Below are positions 17,714 through 26,415 of a stretch of 34,275 nt of DNA, in pieces. This DNA is from Methanobrevibacter sp. GTDB lineage: Archaea > Methanobacteriota > Methanobacteria > Methanobacteriales > Methanobacteriaceae. The notes below the pieces were generated by a model, which was not told the DNA's origin, searched no databases, and saw only the letters and a program-made list of their open reading frames with translations. The translations under genes were made by a program, and so were the position numbers. The stretch spans positions 1 to 34,275 of the forward strand of contig JAZNRM010000321.1 in the NCBI GenBank assembly GCA_045590695.1, in the 5' to 3' direction. Every line of letters starts with the position of its first letter. Positions within the stretch are counted from its first letter, which is position 1.

Positions 17714-17797
17714 GATAGTCACTCCCTTCGTTTATTAATTCTATAAATAAGGTTTAATATACTCCCTTCGTTTATTTATTCCATAAATGAAATTTAA
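17678..17797 (+). repeat. Three tandem ~36-bp copies of the last 12 codons of the EF-hand gene
   Basis: CTCCCTTTGTTTATTAATTCTATAAATAAGGTTTAG at 17678, CTCCCTTCGTTTATTAATTCTATAAATAAGGTTTAA at 17722, CTCCCTTCGTTTATTTATTCCATAAATGAAATTTAA at 17762; gaps of 8 and 4 nt. Confidence 0.9.
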
Positions 17798-17832
17798 TAG
17801 TAAATTTCAAATTTACTATTTTTCTATTTTTT
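17796..17832 (+). terminator. Perfect inverted repeat plus T-tract between convergent genes
   Basis: AATAGTAAATTT-C-AAATTTACTATT (17796-17820) followed by TTTCTATTTTTT. Confidence 0.65.
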
Positions 17833-17886
17833 ATTATTGAAATCATAGCTATTGTTTTATCTATCTATTTTTTAAAAATAAGCAAA

Positions 17887-18567
17887 TTAATTTTCATACT
17901 TTTTTAATAGCTCTCTATAATTGCCGATTTGCAATTCAAGACTGGTTATTGTAGCATTATTGTCCTTAGCCAATTGCTTTGCGGAATCAATCATTTCCTC
18001 AATTGCCTTGTCCTGCTTTTCTATGATTGAATCCTTTTGCAAGAGGAGATTGTCATAGGTTCTTGTTATCTTTTTCAGCTGCAATTCCAAATTGTCACTA
18101 TTGCTTTTGACCTGCTCCTTATAGTCATTGATTAGGCTTCTGAGATAGTTTATTTGATCCTGCTTGTCATCAATGATAGCCATTTTCTCATTGATCTTCT
18201 TCTCCAAGTCATCCATCTCTTTCATTCTGGACTTTTCATAGTTGATTTCATTCTTCAGCTTCAAGTCAAGCTTTTCCTTTTCAAACTTGTATTTAATTAG
18301 TGTGTTATTAAGAGCAGTGATCTTTTTATCTTTTTCATCTATCTTTTGGCTGTATTCATCGATTTCGACGCTTTTCAATTCCAAATCGTTTCTGATGTCT
18401 TCTATTTTTTCATCCTTCAAGGACAATTCATATTCCAATTCCTGAATCTCTTCATTTTTGATTTCAAGCTGTTCTTTCAATTCATTAATTTCTTTAATTA
18501 ACTTCTTATTGGAATTGTTTTTATTTCTCTTGGAATTGTTTTGTTTTTTTGATGAATTATCAGTCAT
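17887..18567 (-). CDS. Hypothetical long coiled-coil protein with basic Asn/Lys-rich N-terminus
   Basis: 226-aa ORF with continuous heptad pattern (LIKEINELKEQLEIKNEEIQELEYELSLKDEKIEDI...); GAGGG RBS. Confidence 0.75.
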   Translation of the reverse strand: MTDNSSKKQNNSKRNKNNSNKKLIKEINELKEQLEIKNEEIQELEYELSLKDEKIEDIRNDLELKSVEIDEYSQKIDEKDKKITALNNTLIKYKFEKEKLDLKLKNEINYEKSRMKEMDDLEKKINEKMAIIDDKQDQINYLRSLINDYKEQVKSNSDNLELQLKKITRTYDNLLLQKDSIIEKQDKAIEEMIDSAKQLAKDNNATITSLELQIGNYRELLKKYEN

Positions 18568-18614
18568 TTTAAGCCCTCTTAAAATATTAAAAAATAGTTT
18601 TTGAATTAAATAAT

Positions 18615-18658
18615 AAAAAAAGTAAAAAAAAGTAAGATAATAGCTAAAAATAGCTATT
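18615..18658 (-). terminator. Probable gatA terminator
   Basis: AATAGCTA-AAAA-TAGCTATT inverted repeat (18639-18658) just after the gatA stop, followed on the minus strand by two T7 runs. Confidence 0.6.
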
Positions 18659-18670
18659 GAATGTTTTCAT

Positions 18671-20056
18671 TTATTTTGCATACTCAAATGCAGCCATTGC
18701 CTGAACGATTTTTGCATCGTCTTGAGGTTTTGCTTGCAATTGCAATCCTACAGGAATGCCATCTACTTCACCAGCCTTTACGCTTGCAGCTGGAATACCT
18801 GCCAAGTTAGCAATTACGGTAAGAACGTCGTATGCATACATTTCCATAGGCTCTAACTTTTCACCTAATTTGTGTGGCAATTTAGGAACGGTTGGGCCTA
18901 CAATCAAGTCCACTCCTTCAAGCATTTCATTGATCTCATTTCTAATGACGGTTCTTGCTTGGAGAGCTTTTTGATAGTATTTGCCGCTGAATTCCTTTTG
19001 TGAAATGTATGAACCCATTTGGATTCTTCTAAGCACTTCCTCACCACATACCTCTTCGATTCTGGAACCGTATTTTCTTCCATCGTATTTTCTGGTTGCA
19101 GAGAAGAATTCAACATAGTTGATTAAGTAATAAGTAGGAAGACAAATGTCAATGTAGTTGAAGCTTAATTCCACTACTTCTGCACCTAATTCCTCTAGCT
19201 TTGCAACGGATTCATCAATGATTGCATTGATTTCATCATTGGTTACTTCCTTAAACTGTTTACAGGTAGCTATTTTCATTCCTGCCAATGGCTTTTCAGC
19301 ATCCTTGACAGATTCAGCTATTTCAGTGAAGTTTGGAGCGTCCCATTTTAAGGTGGTACATTCGGTTGGGTCATATCCAACGATGGTGTCTAATGCAAGG
19401 GTGATTCCAGTGATGTCACGAGCCATAGGACCGATTTGGTCTAAACTCATTGACAAGTCAAGCAATCCTTGTCTTGAAACTGCACCATAGGTAGGTTTCA
19501 TACCTAAGACTCCACAGTGGGAAGATGGGTTTCTGATTGATCCACCAGTGTCGGAACCGATTGCAATGTCACACATTCCAGATGCCACTGCTGCTGCACT
19601 TCCTCCACTTGAACCACCAGGGATTCTTCCAGGTGCTGCTGGGTTGTTTACAGCTCCATAGTATGAGGTTTCAGTTGAGCTTCCTGCTGCAAACTCATCC
19701 ATGTTGTTGATTCCTATGATGATTCCGTCTTCAGCCTTGATTTTCTTAACTACAGTTGCATCATAGCTTCCGATATAATCCTCTAAGGTTTTGGATGCAG
19801 CAGATATGATAAAGTCTTCTACATTTATGTTAGCCTTAATACCAAACACTAAACCAGCAAGAGCTCCGACTTCTTCTCCAGCCTTTATTTTAGCATCAAT
19901 CTCTTCTGCTTTAGCGATAGCTTCTTCCTTATTTAATTCAAGAAAAGCGTTAATGTCATCGTTCTTTTCTTCAATAACCTTAATGTAAGCTTCTACATTT
20001 TCCTTTGCAGTAATTTCTTGATTTTTAATTGCATTTAATTTTTCAAGGATATTCAT
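18671..20056 (-). CDS. gatA: Asp/Glu-tRNA amidotransferase subunit A
   Basis: Amidase signature [50 protein letters not shown]; [24 protein letters not shown]. Confidence 0.96.
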   Translation of the reverse strand: MNILEKLNAIKNQEITAKENVEAYIKVIEEKNDDINAFLELNKEEAIAKAEEIDAKIKAGEEVGALAGLVFGIKANINVEDFIISAASKTLEDYIGSYDATVVKKIKAEDGIIIGINNMDEFAAGSSTETSYYGAVNNPAAPGRIPGGSSGGSAAAVASGMCDIAIGSDTGGSIRNPSSHCGVLGMKPTYGAVSRQGLLDLSMSLDQIGPMARDITGITLALDTIVGYDPTECTTLKWDAPNFTEIAESVKDAEKPLAGMKIATCKQFKEVTNDEINAIIDESVAKLEELGAEVVELSFNYIDICLPTYYLINYVEFFSATRKYDGRKYGSRIEEVCGEEVLRRIQMGSYISQKEFSGKYYQKALQARTVIRNEINEMLEGVDLIVGPTVPKLPHKLGEKLEPMEMYAYDVLTVIANLAGIPAASVKAGEVDGIPVGLQLQAKPQDDAKIVQAMAAFEYAK

Positions 20057-20238
20057 TAAAACACCTTACTTTCTTTTAAAACATTGTAATTATGATTAAG
20101 TAATCTTCGATAATCAAATTATATCTAATATCAAATTTTAAATAAATTTTGATAATGATTTTTTATATAATAATATAATTATATTTTTCAAGTTATATAA
20201 ACTATTAGTTAAGAATAAGTTAGGATAAGTAGTTATAC

Positions 20239-21180
20239 CTATTGGATATTTTCCAATGATTTCAATGCCTTTTTAGACCACTCAGCATCCATTAACATAG
20301 CCCTGCCAATACCAATAAGGTCACAATATCCCTCTTTCAGCAGATTTTCAGCATCTCTTGCTTTTTTCACACCTCCAGTAAGAATCACTGGAACGGAAGA
20401 TGCTTCCTTAACTATTTTACTAAGTTCCTTAAAGTATCCTGGCTCTTTGCTGTATGGATTTCTAGATCTGCATAGCCCGCCGCTAATGTCAATTAAATCT
20501 ACCCCTGAATCTATGAATGATTGGACAGCAAAAGGAATTTCCTCCAATTTGCTTCCTCCCTCCAAATAATCATATGCGCCAAAGCGAATGGCTACAATAT
20601 AGTCTTCACCTACAGATGCACGAACTTCCTGAATGATTTCATTAGCCAATCTCAAACGATTTTCAAGATTTCCCCCATACTCATCAGTTCTTTTATTTGT
20701 GTAAGGTGAATAGAAATGAGTCAATAGGTATTCATGGGCTGCATGTATTTCCACACCGTCAAAGCCAGCTTTTTTAGTTCTTATAGCGGCTTTTGCAAAA
20801 TCCTCTTTTACCTTTTCAATATCCTCTTTAGTCATGGAATTTATGTTTATCCAATCCCTTGAAATTCTTTCTTTACCGCCATGATTTAATTGGGCTATTG
20901 CAAAGCAATTTTTCTTATGAATGGCTTCTGTCAAATTTCTATAAGATTCAATAACAGAATCATCAGCCATAGAAAGCTGTTTTGGGGTTGATTTTCCTTC
21001 AATGGAAACATATGCGTGTTCAACTATTATAAGCCCTGTACATTCTGCTCTCAAGCGATAATATTCTATAAGATTTTCTGTCACCTTTCCATCAGCACTG
21101 TCTTCCCTAGCCATAGGAGGCATGACTATACGATTTCTAAGGGTAATGTTTTTTAATTTCAATTCCTCATCAATCAACAT
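20239..21180 (-). CDS. NADH:flavin oxidoreductase / Old Yellow Enzyme family
   Basis: LRNRIVMPPM, AQLNHGG, AGFDGVEIHAAHEYL, NKRTDEYGGNLENRLR, DLIGIGRAML. The ATG at 21180 is preferred over the GTG at 21192. Confidence 0.92.
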   Translation of the reverse strand: MLIDEELKLKNITLRNRIVMPPMAREDSADGKVTENLIEYYRLRAECTGLIIVEHAYVSIEGKSTPKQLSMADDSVIESYRNLTEAIHKKNCFAIAQLNHGGKERISRDWININSMTKEDIEKVKEDFAKAAIRTKKAGFDGVEIHAAHEYLLTHFYSPYTNKRTDEYGGNLENRLRLANEIIQEVRASVGEDYIVAIRFGAYDYLEGGSKLEEIPFAVQSFIDSGVDLIDISGGLCRSRNPYSKEPGYFKELSKIVKEASSVPVILTGGVKKARDAENLLKEGYCDLIGIGRAMLMDAEWSKKALKSLENIQ

Positions 21181-21300
21181 TTTTTCACACACTATCTTTT
21201 AAAAAATCATTTTAATTACAAATTCATTTTTTTAAATTGTTATTCAATAAATTAATATATTACTAATCTATAATTATAATTATTATTAATTTGAGCTGAT

Positions 21301-22101
21301 ATGATGACTAAAAAAGCTATTGTATTTGATAACTCCGGAACTCTTATTGAAAGGTTCAGAGTTATAAAGGATGTATCCACAGGTGAATTGATTACCCACA
21401 TTAACTCTTTAGACCTTATAGATAGCTGTTTGAATGCAGCGCTTGTTGTTCTTCAATTCAACACAAATCGTTTAAAGGAATTGGATCCCAATACATTGAT
21501 AAGCGATTTTGTTTTGGAAAACAACATTGATTTTGACATCAGCTATTATTCAACAGACGTTTCCAAAGAGGAGATTACAGCTATTTTAGAAAAGGACACT
21601 GCGGTTATTAAAGATATTACAGACACTTTTCCACTTTTAAAGGAAAGTGTTCCCAATATGGAATTATGCAATGGTTCAGCTGTTATTATAGATATTGCAG
21701 AAGAAAGAATAGCTTATACAATCACATCTGCAGGTCATTTATTCTCTGGAGTTAAGGACACAATAGCTAAGCTTCAAGATAAAAACATCGATGTTTTCAT
21801 TGCTTCAGGAGATAGGTCAGGAGCTATTAAGCATCTTGCAGACATTACTGGTGTCCCTGAAAGCCATGCATTTGCAACTGCAAGCACACATAGAAAGGCA
21901 GAAATAGTTGCAAATCTTCAGGATGAAGGCTATAAGGTCATGATGGTTGGTGATGGCCCAAATGACATTTTGGCATTTGAGCAAGCTGATACAGCTATTC
22001 TTACAACTGAACAGAAAGATGGCGATTTCCCTGATAAACTAAAAGGGTATGCAGATTTTGTAATTGAAGACATTTCAGAAGTTCTTCAAATAGATTTCTA
22101 G
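21301..22101 (+). CDS. Soluble P-type-ATPase-like HAD hydrolase
   Basis: FDNSGTL (DKTGT-like), ASGD, conserved K and MVGDGPND motifs; no TM segments. Confidence 0.85.
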   Translation: MMTKKAIVFDNSGTLIERFRVIKDVSTGELITHINSLDLIDSCLNAALVVLQFNTNRLKELDPNTLISDFVLENNIDFDISYYSTDVSKEEITAILEKDTAVIKDITDTFPLLKESVPNMELCNGSAVIIDIAEERIAYTITSAGHLFSGVKDTIAKLQDKNIDVFIASGDRSGAIKHLADITGVPESHAFATASTHRKAEIVANLQDEGYKVMMVGDGPNDILAFEQADTAILTTEQKDGDFPDKLKGYADFVIEDISEVLQIDF

Positions 22102-22145
22102 TCAGTATCTTCAATCTTTTTTTCACTATTTTTATTTTAATTATT

Positions 22146-22904
22146 CTATTTATTTTCACTTAAGAAATCTTCAATCACTTTTTTACTTTTCATTACATTA
22201 TCGAAATTATTCAATTCGATAATTCCATGTTTCACATGCTTCAACAGATTCAAGTCAAGAGTTCCGTCACCTACTGCTTGGTGCTTATCCTTTCTTCCAT
22301 CATTGTCATTTATATGGTTATATAGGATATTAGGGATCTTGAAGAAACTTTCCTGATCTTCGCAGGTATTGACATGACCTAAATCTATTGTAATGTTGCA
22401 ACCGGTTTCAATGGTGAGGTTTTCCAGTTCATAAGCACGATTTCCAAGATAGGAAAAACGTTCTGGCATGTTTTCTATGGATATTTTAGCTTCCTTATCT
22501 TCTGCATAAGCCACAAGCTCATGGGTTGATTCAGTCAAGAATTCAAGTGCCATATCCCTTAGGTATTTTTCAGGCCTTCCTATTTTACCTGGATGGGCTG
22601 TTATTCCAATAGCACCTATCTCATCTGCAAGGTCAAGGCAATCCTTTGTCTGTTTCACAGATTCCTTACGAATTCCTGTATTTAAGCTTGCAAGGTTTAT
22701 GTCAACATTTACTGCATGCATATAGATATCCAAGTCATATGAGTGAAACACTTCTGTGATTTCCTTGTTTCCAAGCATTTCATCTGGTCTGTATGGGCCT
22801 TCAGCCAAGAGTTCAACACTATCAAAGCCATTTTCAACTGCTATATCTAGCATTTCATTTACATCTTTCATGAAAAGTGAAAGAAGTGAAAATCCTAATT
22901 TCAT
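22146..22904 (-). CDS. Sugar phosphate isomerase/epimerase (xylose isomerase-like TIM barrel, AP_endonuc_2 family)
   Basis: GFDSVEL, HPG, IENMP, DLGH, HINDNDG..DKH and GDGTLD metal-binding motifs. Confidence 0.85.
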   Translation of the reverse strand: MKLGFSLLSLFMKDVNEMLDIAVENGFDSVELLAEGPYRPDEMLGNKEITEVFHSYDLDIYMHAVNVDINLASLNTGIRKESVKQTKDCLDLADEIGAIGITAHPGKIGRPEKYLRDMALEFLTESTHELVAYAEDKEAKISIENMPERFSYLGNRAYELENLTIETGCNITIDLGHVNTCEDQESFFKIPNILYNHINDNDGRKDKHQAVGDGTLDLNLLKHVKHGIIELNNFDNVMKSKKVIEDFLSENK

Positions 22905-23070
22905 TTTAATCCCCGTGTTTTAATTTTAGTAATTAGCTATTTTTAAAATAAGTATAATATGTTAATCTTTTAATTGATAGATAATGGAATCATTAAGATT
23001 CTCATTACCTACCAATTCCTTTGATTTATTGATGTTAAGCGGATAATCATAATTCTAGATTATAAATATC

Positions 23071-23715
23071 TTACAAATGATTAAACAATGTCCAGATTTC
23101 AGGATACTTTTCAGCTATTGCAGCATCTATCAAGTCTGATGCTTCACTGCTTATGCTGAATTCAGGTTCGGTTTTTCTCAAGTACCTTAGCACAGCTGCA
23201 GATCTTGCAGACCATAAAGTGATTCTTGGGTTTTTTTCCACAGTTTCGATAACTTCATCTATAAGTTTCTCTTCCTTTTCTGAAAGAAGACTACCAACTT
23301 CTTTTAAATCATCTGAAGCTTTAATATTTTCACTACTTGCATCAGTTTCTTCATTTAAATTAACTGTAGAATCAATATTTTCTACACTTTTTTCAGAGCT
23401 GATTTCTTCTTCAGTTTTCACGTCATTTTCTTCCACTTTTTCATCATCATTGAAGAAAACATTTGTGTACTCGGAACTTTCTTTAGGTTTTTCCTCTTCC
23501 TCATCAGCTGACTTTTCTAAAACCTGAAGGTCATCTTCACCATCAAATTCCTCTTCAACTTCTTCAACCAGTTCTTCAAATGTTTTTGATTCATCTTCGG
23601 ATTCTCTTAACAAATCTTCAAGACTTATTCCTTCTTCTATTTCAGTCTCTTCAACTTTTGGAATCAATGAATCTAATCCTCTTCCTAATCCTGTATTCTT
23701 TTCCTTTTTAGCCAT
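23071..23715 (-). CDS. ParA partner: ParB-type N-terminal peptide, acidic disordered linker, small C-terminal putative ribbon-helix-helix domain
   Basis: MAKKEKNTGLGRGLDSLIP matches the N-terminus of bacterial ParB/Spo0J. About 130 aa are E/D/S-rich. C-terminus: NPRITLWS-ARSAAVLRYLRKT-EPEF-SISSEASDLIDAAIAEKYPEIW. Lies directly downstream of parA. Confidence 0.75.
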   Translation of the reverse strand: MAKKEKNTGLGRGLDSLIPKVEETEIEEGISLEDLLRESEDESKTFEELVEEVEEEFDGEDDLQVLEKSADEEEEKPKESSEYTNVFFNDDEKVEENDVKTEEEISSEKSVENIDSTVNLNEETDASSENIKASDDLKEVGSLLSEKEEKLIDEVIETVEKNPRITLWSARSAAVLRYLRKTEPEFSISSEASDLIDAAIAEKYPEIWTLFNHL

Positions 23716-23795
23716 TTTACCAAACCCTTTCGTGTTTTTATATAAAAATTAATTATTTTAGTTACTCATAATCTTAATTCAATTAAAATTTTTTT

Positions 23796-24569
23796 TTATT
23801 TCTCATCCCTTTCCAATATTTCCTTAGCAAGCTTCAAGTAAGCTATTGCACCTTTGCTTTCTGGATCATAGACAATACATGGTTTTCCATAACTTGGAGC
23901 TTCTGCCAAACGTATGTTTCTTGGAATGACTGTATTGAATACGTATTCCTTGTCCTTGAAGTATTTTTTCAATTCGGAATAGACTTCCCTTCCCAACCTG
24001 GTTCTTTGGTCGTACAATGTTAGAAGTATGCCCTTTATTGGTGTTGGGCTTCTTAATCTTGTTTCAACCAGCTTGATGGTGTTCATCAAGTCAGCAAGCC
24101 CTTCTAATGCAAAGTATTCCGCTTGAATAGGTACCAATACGCTGTCTGCAGCTATCAATGAATTTATTGTTATTATTCCAAGAGATGGTGGCAAGTCTAT
24201 TATAATGTAGTCAAAAATGCCTTTGATTGGTTCAAGCAAGTTTTTCAATGCTATGTGATAGTTGGCTTCCTTGCTCAATTCCACTTCGATACCGCTTAAG
24301 TCGATATTGCTTGGAAGTATGAATAGGTTCTCGATTTTTGTAGGAATTGTAGCTTTTTGAACACTGCATTCGTTTACTAAAGCAGTGTATACTGTTTTCT
24401 TGATTTCTGTTTTATTTATTCCAAAACTTGTTGTAGCATTAGCTTGCGGATCCATATCCACTACAAGGACTGCCTTTCCCATAGCTGCAAGTGATGTTGC
24501 TAAATTCACTACAGTAGTAGTCTTTCCACATCCGCCTTTTTGATTCATTACGGCAATTGTTTCTCCCAT
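23796..24569 (-). CDS. parA: ParA/Soj-family partition ATPase
   Basis: Deviant Walker A NQKGGCGKTTT, DMDPQANAT, Walker B DYIIIDLPPSLG, PIQAEYFALEGL, YDQRTRL and IPRNIRLAEAPSYGKP are Soj-type. No N-terminal HTH and no MinD membrane helix. AGGAG RBS. Confidence 0.95.
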   Translation of the reverse strand: MGETIAVMNQKGGCGKTTTVVNLATSLAAMGKAVLVVDMDPQANATTSFGINKTEIKKTVYTALVNECSVQKATIPTKIENLFILPSNIDLSGIEVELSKEANYHIALKNLLEPIKGIFDYIIIDLPPSLGIITINSLIAADSVLVPIQAEYFALEGLADLMNTIKLVETRLRSPTPIKGILLTLYDQRTRLGREVYSELKKYFKDKEYVFNTVIPRNIRLAEAPSYGKPCIVYDPESKGAIAYLKLAKEILERDEK

Positions 24570-24601
24570 TATATTAATTCTCCTAAAGTATTTTTTCTAA
24601 A

Positions 24602-24840
24602 ATAAAGTGATTTCTTAAATTTTATAACTTGTAATTAATAACTTAGAAGTTTTTTCTTAGCACTTATTTAGTTACTACTTCATAGTTATTACTTATATAT
24701 TATAATTTATAAGTTATAATATATAAGTTTTATGTTATATCTTATTACTTTTACTTTATAATTTATCATTTATAAGTTTTTACTTTTAAGTTATTTCTTA
24801 TATTTTATAAGTTATTAGTTATAACTTATAACTTATAACT
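24602..24840. repeat. Phased degenerate 7-bp repeat array (consensus TATAA[G/C]T); candidate centromere/operator
   Basis: 9 units at 24602-24664, a 1-nt slip, then 25 contiguous units at 24666-24840 ending TATAAGT TATTAGT TATAACT TATAACT TATAACT. In the 25-unit block, 18 of the 22 G/C bases fall at heptamer position 6 (hand count). Confidence 0.85.
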
Positions 24841-24944
24841 AAAAATTATCCTAAAAAAATAAGAAAATTATAAGAAAAAATACCTAAAAAATATATGAAA
24901 ATAGATGAAGATACTGGACAAAATTCTTAAAAAAAGAGAGAGAA

Positions 24945-24966
24945 GTTATCACTTATAAGTGATAAC
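24945..24966. promoter_or_regulatory. Perfect 22-bp palindrome GTTATCACTTATAAGTGATAAC (trpB2 terminator hairpin and/or protein-binding site)
   Basis: Exactly self-complementary; ~80 nt after the trpB2 stop and followed on the minus strand by TTCTCTCTCTTTTTTT; built from the same type of heptamers as the adjacent array. Confidence 0.7.
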
Positions 24967-25045
24967 ACGAGTTTTTGTTCGTATAAAATCAGTGTTCTAT
25001 GTAAAAATAAAGAAAAATTTAAGAAAAAAATAATGGAATGGAACT

Positions 25046-26347
25046 CTATTTGGAGTTTTCCATAGATCCATCCATATAACTTGCGTAACCTTTAAAGTCC
25101 ATTAAACCATGGCCAGAGAAGTTAACAACAATAGTTTTCTCTTCACCAGTTTCCTTACATTTCTTAGCTTCGTCAATAGCTGCCTTGATTGCATGGTTTG
25201 TTTCAGGTGCTGGAATGACTCCTTCGCACATTGCAAACATTTTACCAGCTGCAAATACATCTCTTTGATGTACAGCTACTGGATTGATGTATCCTAACTC
25301 TCTAAGCAAGGATACTTGTGTGTTCATACCGTGGTATCTAAGTCCACCTGCATGTACAGAAGGAGCAATGAAGTTGTGTCCTAATGTAAACATCTTCAAG
25401 AGTGGAGTGAATCCCACTTCATCACCAAAGTCGTATCTGTATTCCCCTTGAGTTAATGTAGGACATGCAGAAGGTTCTACAGCAATGAATTCAGTGTCGG
25501 AATTACCTTGGATCTTGTCTTTTATGAATGGGAACAAGGATCCACCAAAGTTACTTCCTCCACCAACACAAGCAATCATTGTGTCTGGCTCTTCTTCAAC
25601 TTTTTCCAATTGAATCTTGATTTCCTGACCAATTGTAGTTTGATGCAAGATAACGTGGTTCAATACACTTCCTAAGGTGTATTTTACTTTATCATCAGTT
25701 AAAGCATCTTCTACAGCTTCAGAAATAGCTATTCCAAGGGAACCAGGAGTGTCAGGAGTTTCTGCAAGAACTTTTCTACCCACTTCGGTATGTTCACTTG
25801 GGGAAGCATGAACCTCTCCATCATACAATTGCATGATTGTTTTTCTGAAAGGCTTTTGATCATATGAAACCCTTACCATGTATACGGTACAATCGATTCC
25901 CATCATGGAAGCTGCAAGGGATAATGCAGTACCCCATTGTCCTGCACCGGTTTCTGTGGTAATTCTTTCAATTCCTTCCTTTTTAGCATAGTAAGCTTGA
26001 GCTATTGCACTGTTTAATTTGTGACTTCCTGTTGGAGATGTGTCTTCCCGCTTATAGTAGATTTTTGCAGGCGTATTGAGCTTTTCTTCCAATCCTCTTG
26101 CTCTAACTAAAGGAGTAGGTCTTCCTAATCTTTGGTAGAGTTCTCTTACCTCTTTTGGGATACTTATGTATCTGTCAGTAGCGAACTCTTGATTAAGACA
26201 TTCGTTTACGAATATTTGAGGCAATGTACCTATTTGATCTTTTCCTTCACTGTTTTTAGGAGCAGGAAGTTCTACAGGTAAATCAGCATTAATATTATAC
26301 CATTTGGTTGGTACTTCGTCATTAGTTAAGTCAATTCTGTATTGCAT
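25046..26347 (-). CDS. trpB2: Tryptophan synthase beta chain, stand-alone TrpB2 type
   Basis: PTKWYNINADLP, YYKREDTSPTGSHKLNSA (PLP Lys), TETGAGQWGTAL, GSVLNHV, CVGGGSNFGG, HAGGLRYHG, PAPET, NFSGHG; 433 aa. Confidence 0.95.
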   Translation of the reverse strand: MQYRIDLTNDEVPTKWYNINADLPVELPAPKNSEGKDQIGTLPQIFVNECLNQEFATDRYISIPKEVRELYQRLGRPTPLVRARGLEEKLNTPAKIYYKREDTSPTGSHKLNSAIAQAYYAKKEGIERITTETGAGQWGTALSLAASMMGIDCTVYMVRVSYDQKPFRKTIMQLYDGEVHASPSEHTEVGRKVLAETPDTPGSLGIAISEAVEDALTDDKVKYTLGSVLNHVILHQTTIGQEIKIQLEKVEEEPDTMIACVGGGSNFGGSLFPFIKDKIQGNSDTEFIAVEPSACPTLTQGEYRYDFGDEVGFTPLLKMFTLGHNFIAPSVHAGGLRYHGMNTQVSLLRELGYINPVAVHQRDVFAAGKMFAMCEGVIPAPETNHAIKAAIDEAKKCKETGEEKTIVVNFSGHGLMDFKGYASYMDGSMENSK

Positions 26348-26415
26348 AATATCACATTTTGTTTTTTAAATAATCTTTTTGTAAAAATTTTCTTAAGAAT
26401 TACTCTTAATCGTTC

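Noticed and set aside
17678-17797. 36-bp repeats as a mini CRISPR array
   Set aside because: Spacers are only 8 and 4 nt, the first copy is coding sequence, and no cas genes are in the window.
20189-20237. AAGTT/ATAAGT words upstream of gatA as a second heptamer array
   Set aside because: Spacing is irregular and not 7-bp phased; compatible with ordinary promoter sequence.
23796-24569. MinD or cobyrinic acid a,c-diamide synthase annotation
   Set aside because: Soj-specific motifs (EYFALEGL, PRNIRLAEAPSYG) are present, with no MinD membrane-targeting helix and no glutaminase domain.
24602-24966. Replication origin (AT-rich unwinding element with ORB boxes)
   Set aside because: No cdc6/orc1 is adjacent and no ORB-like G-string motif was seen. 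The repeats are better explained by the parA operon, although origin proximity cannot be excluded.
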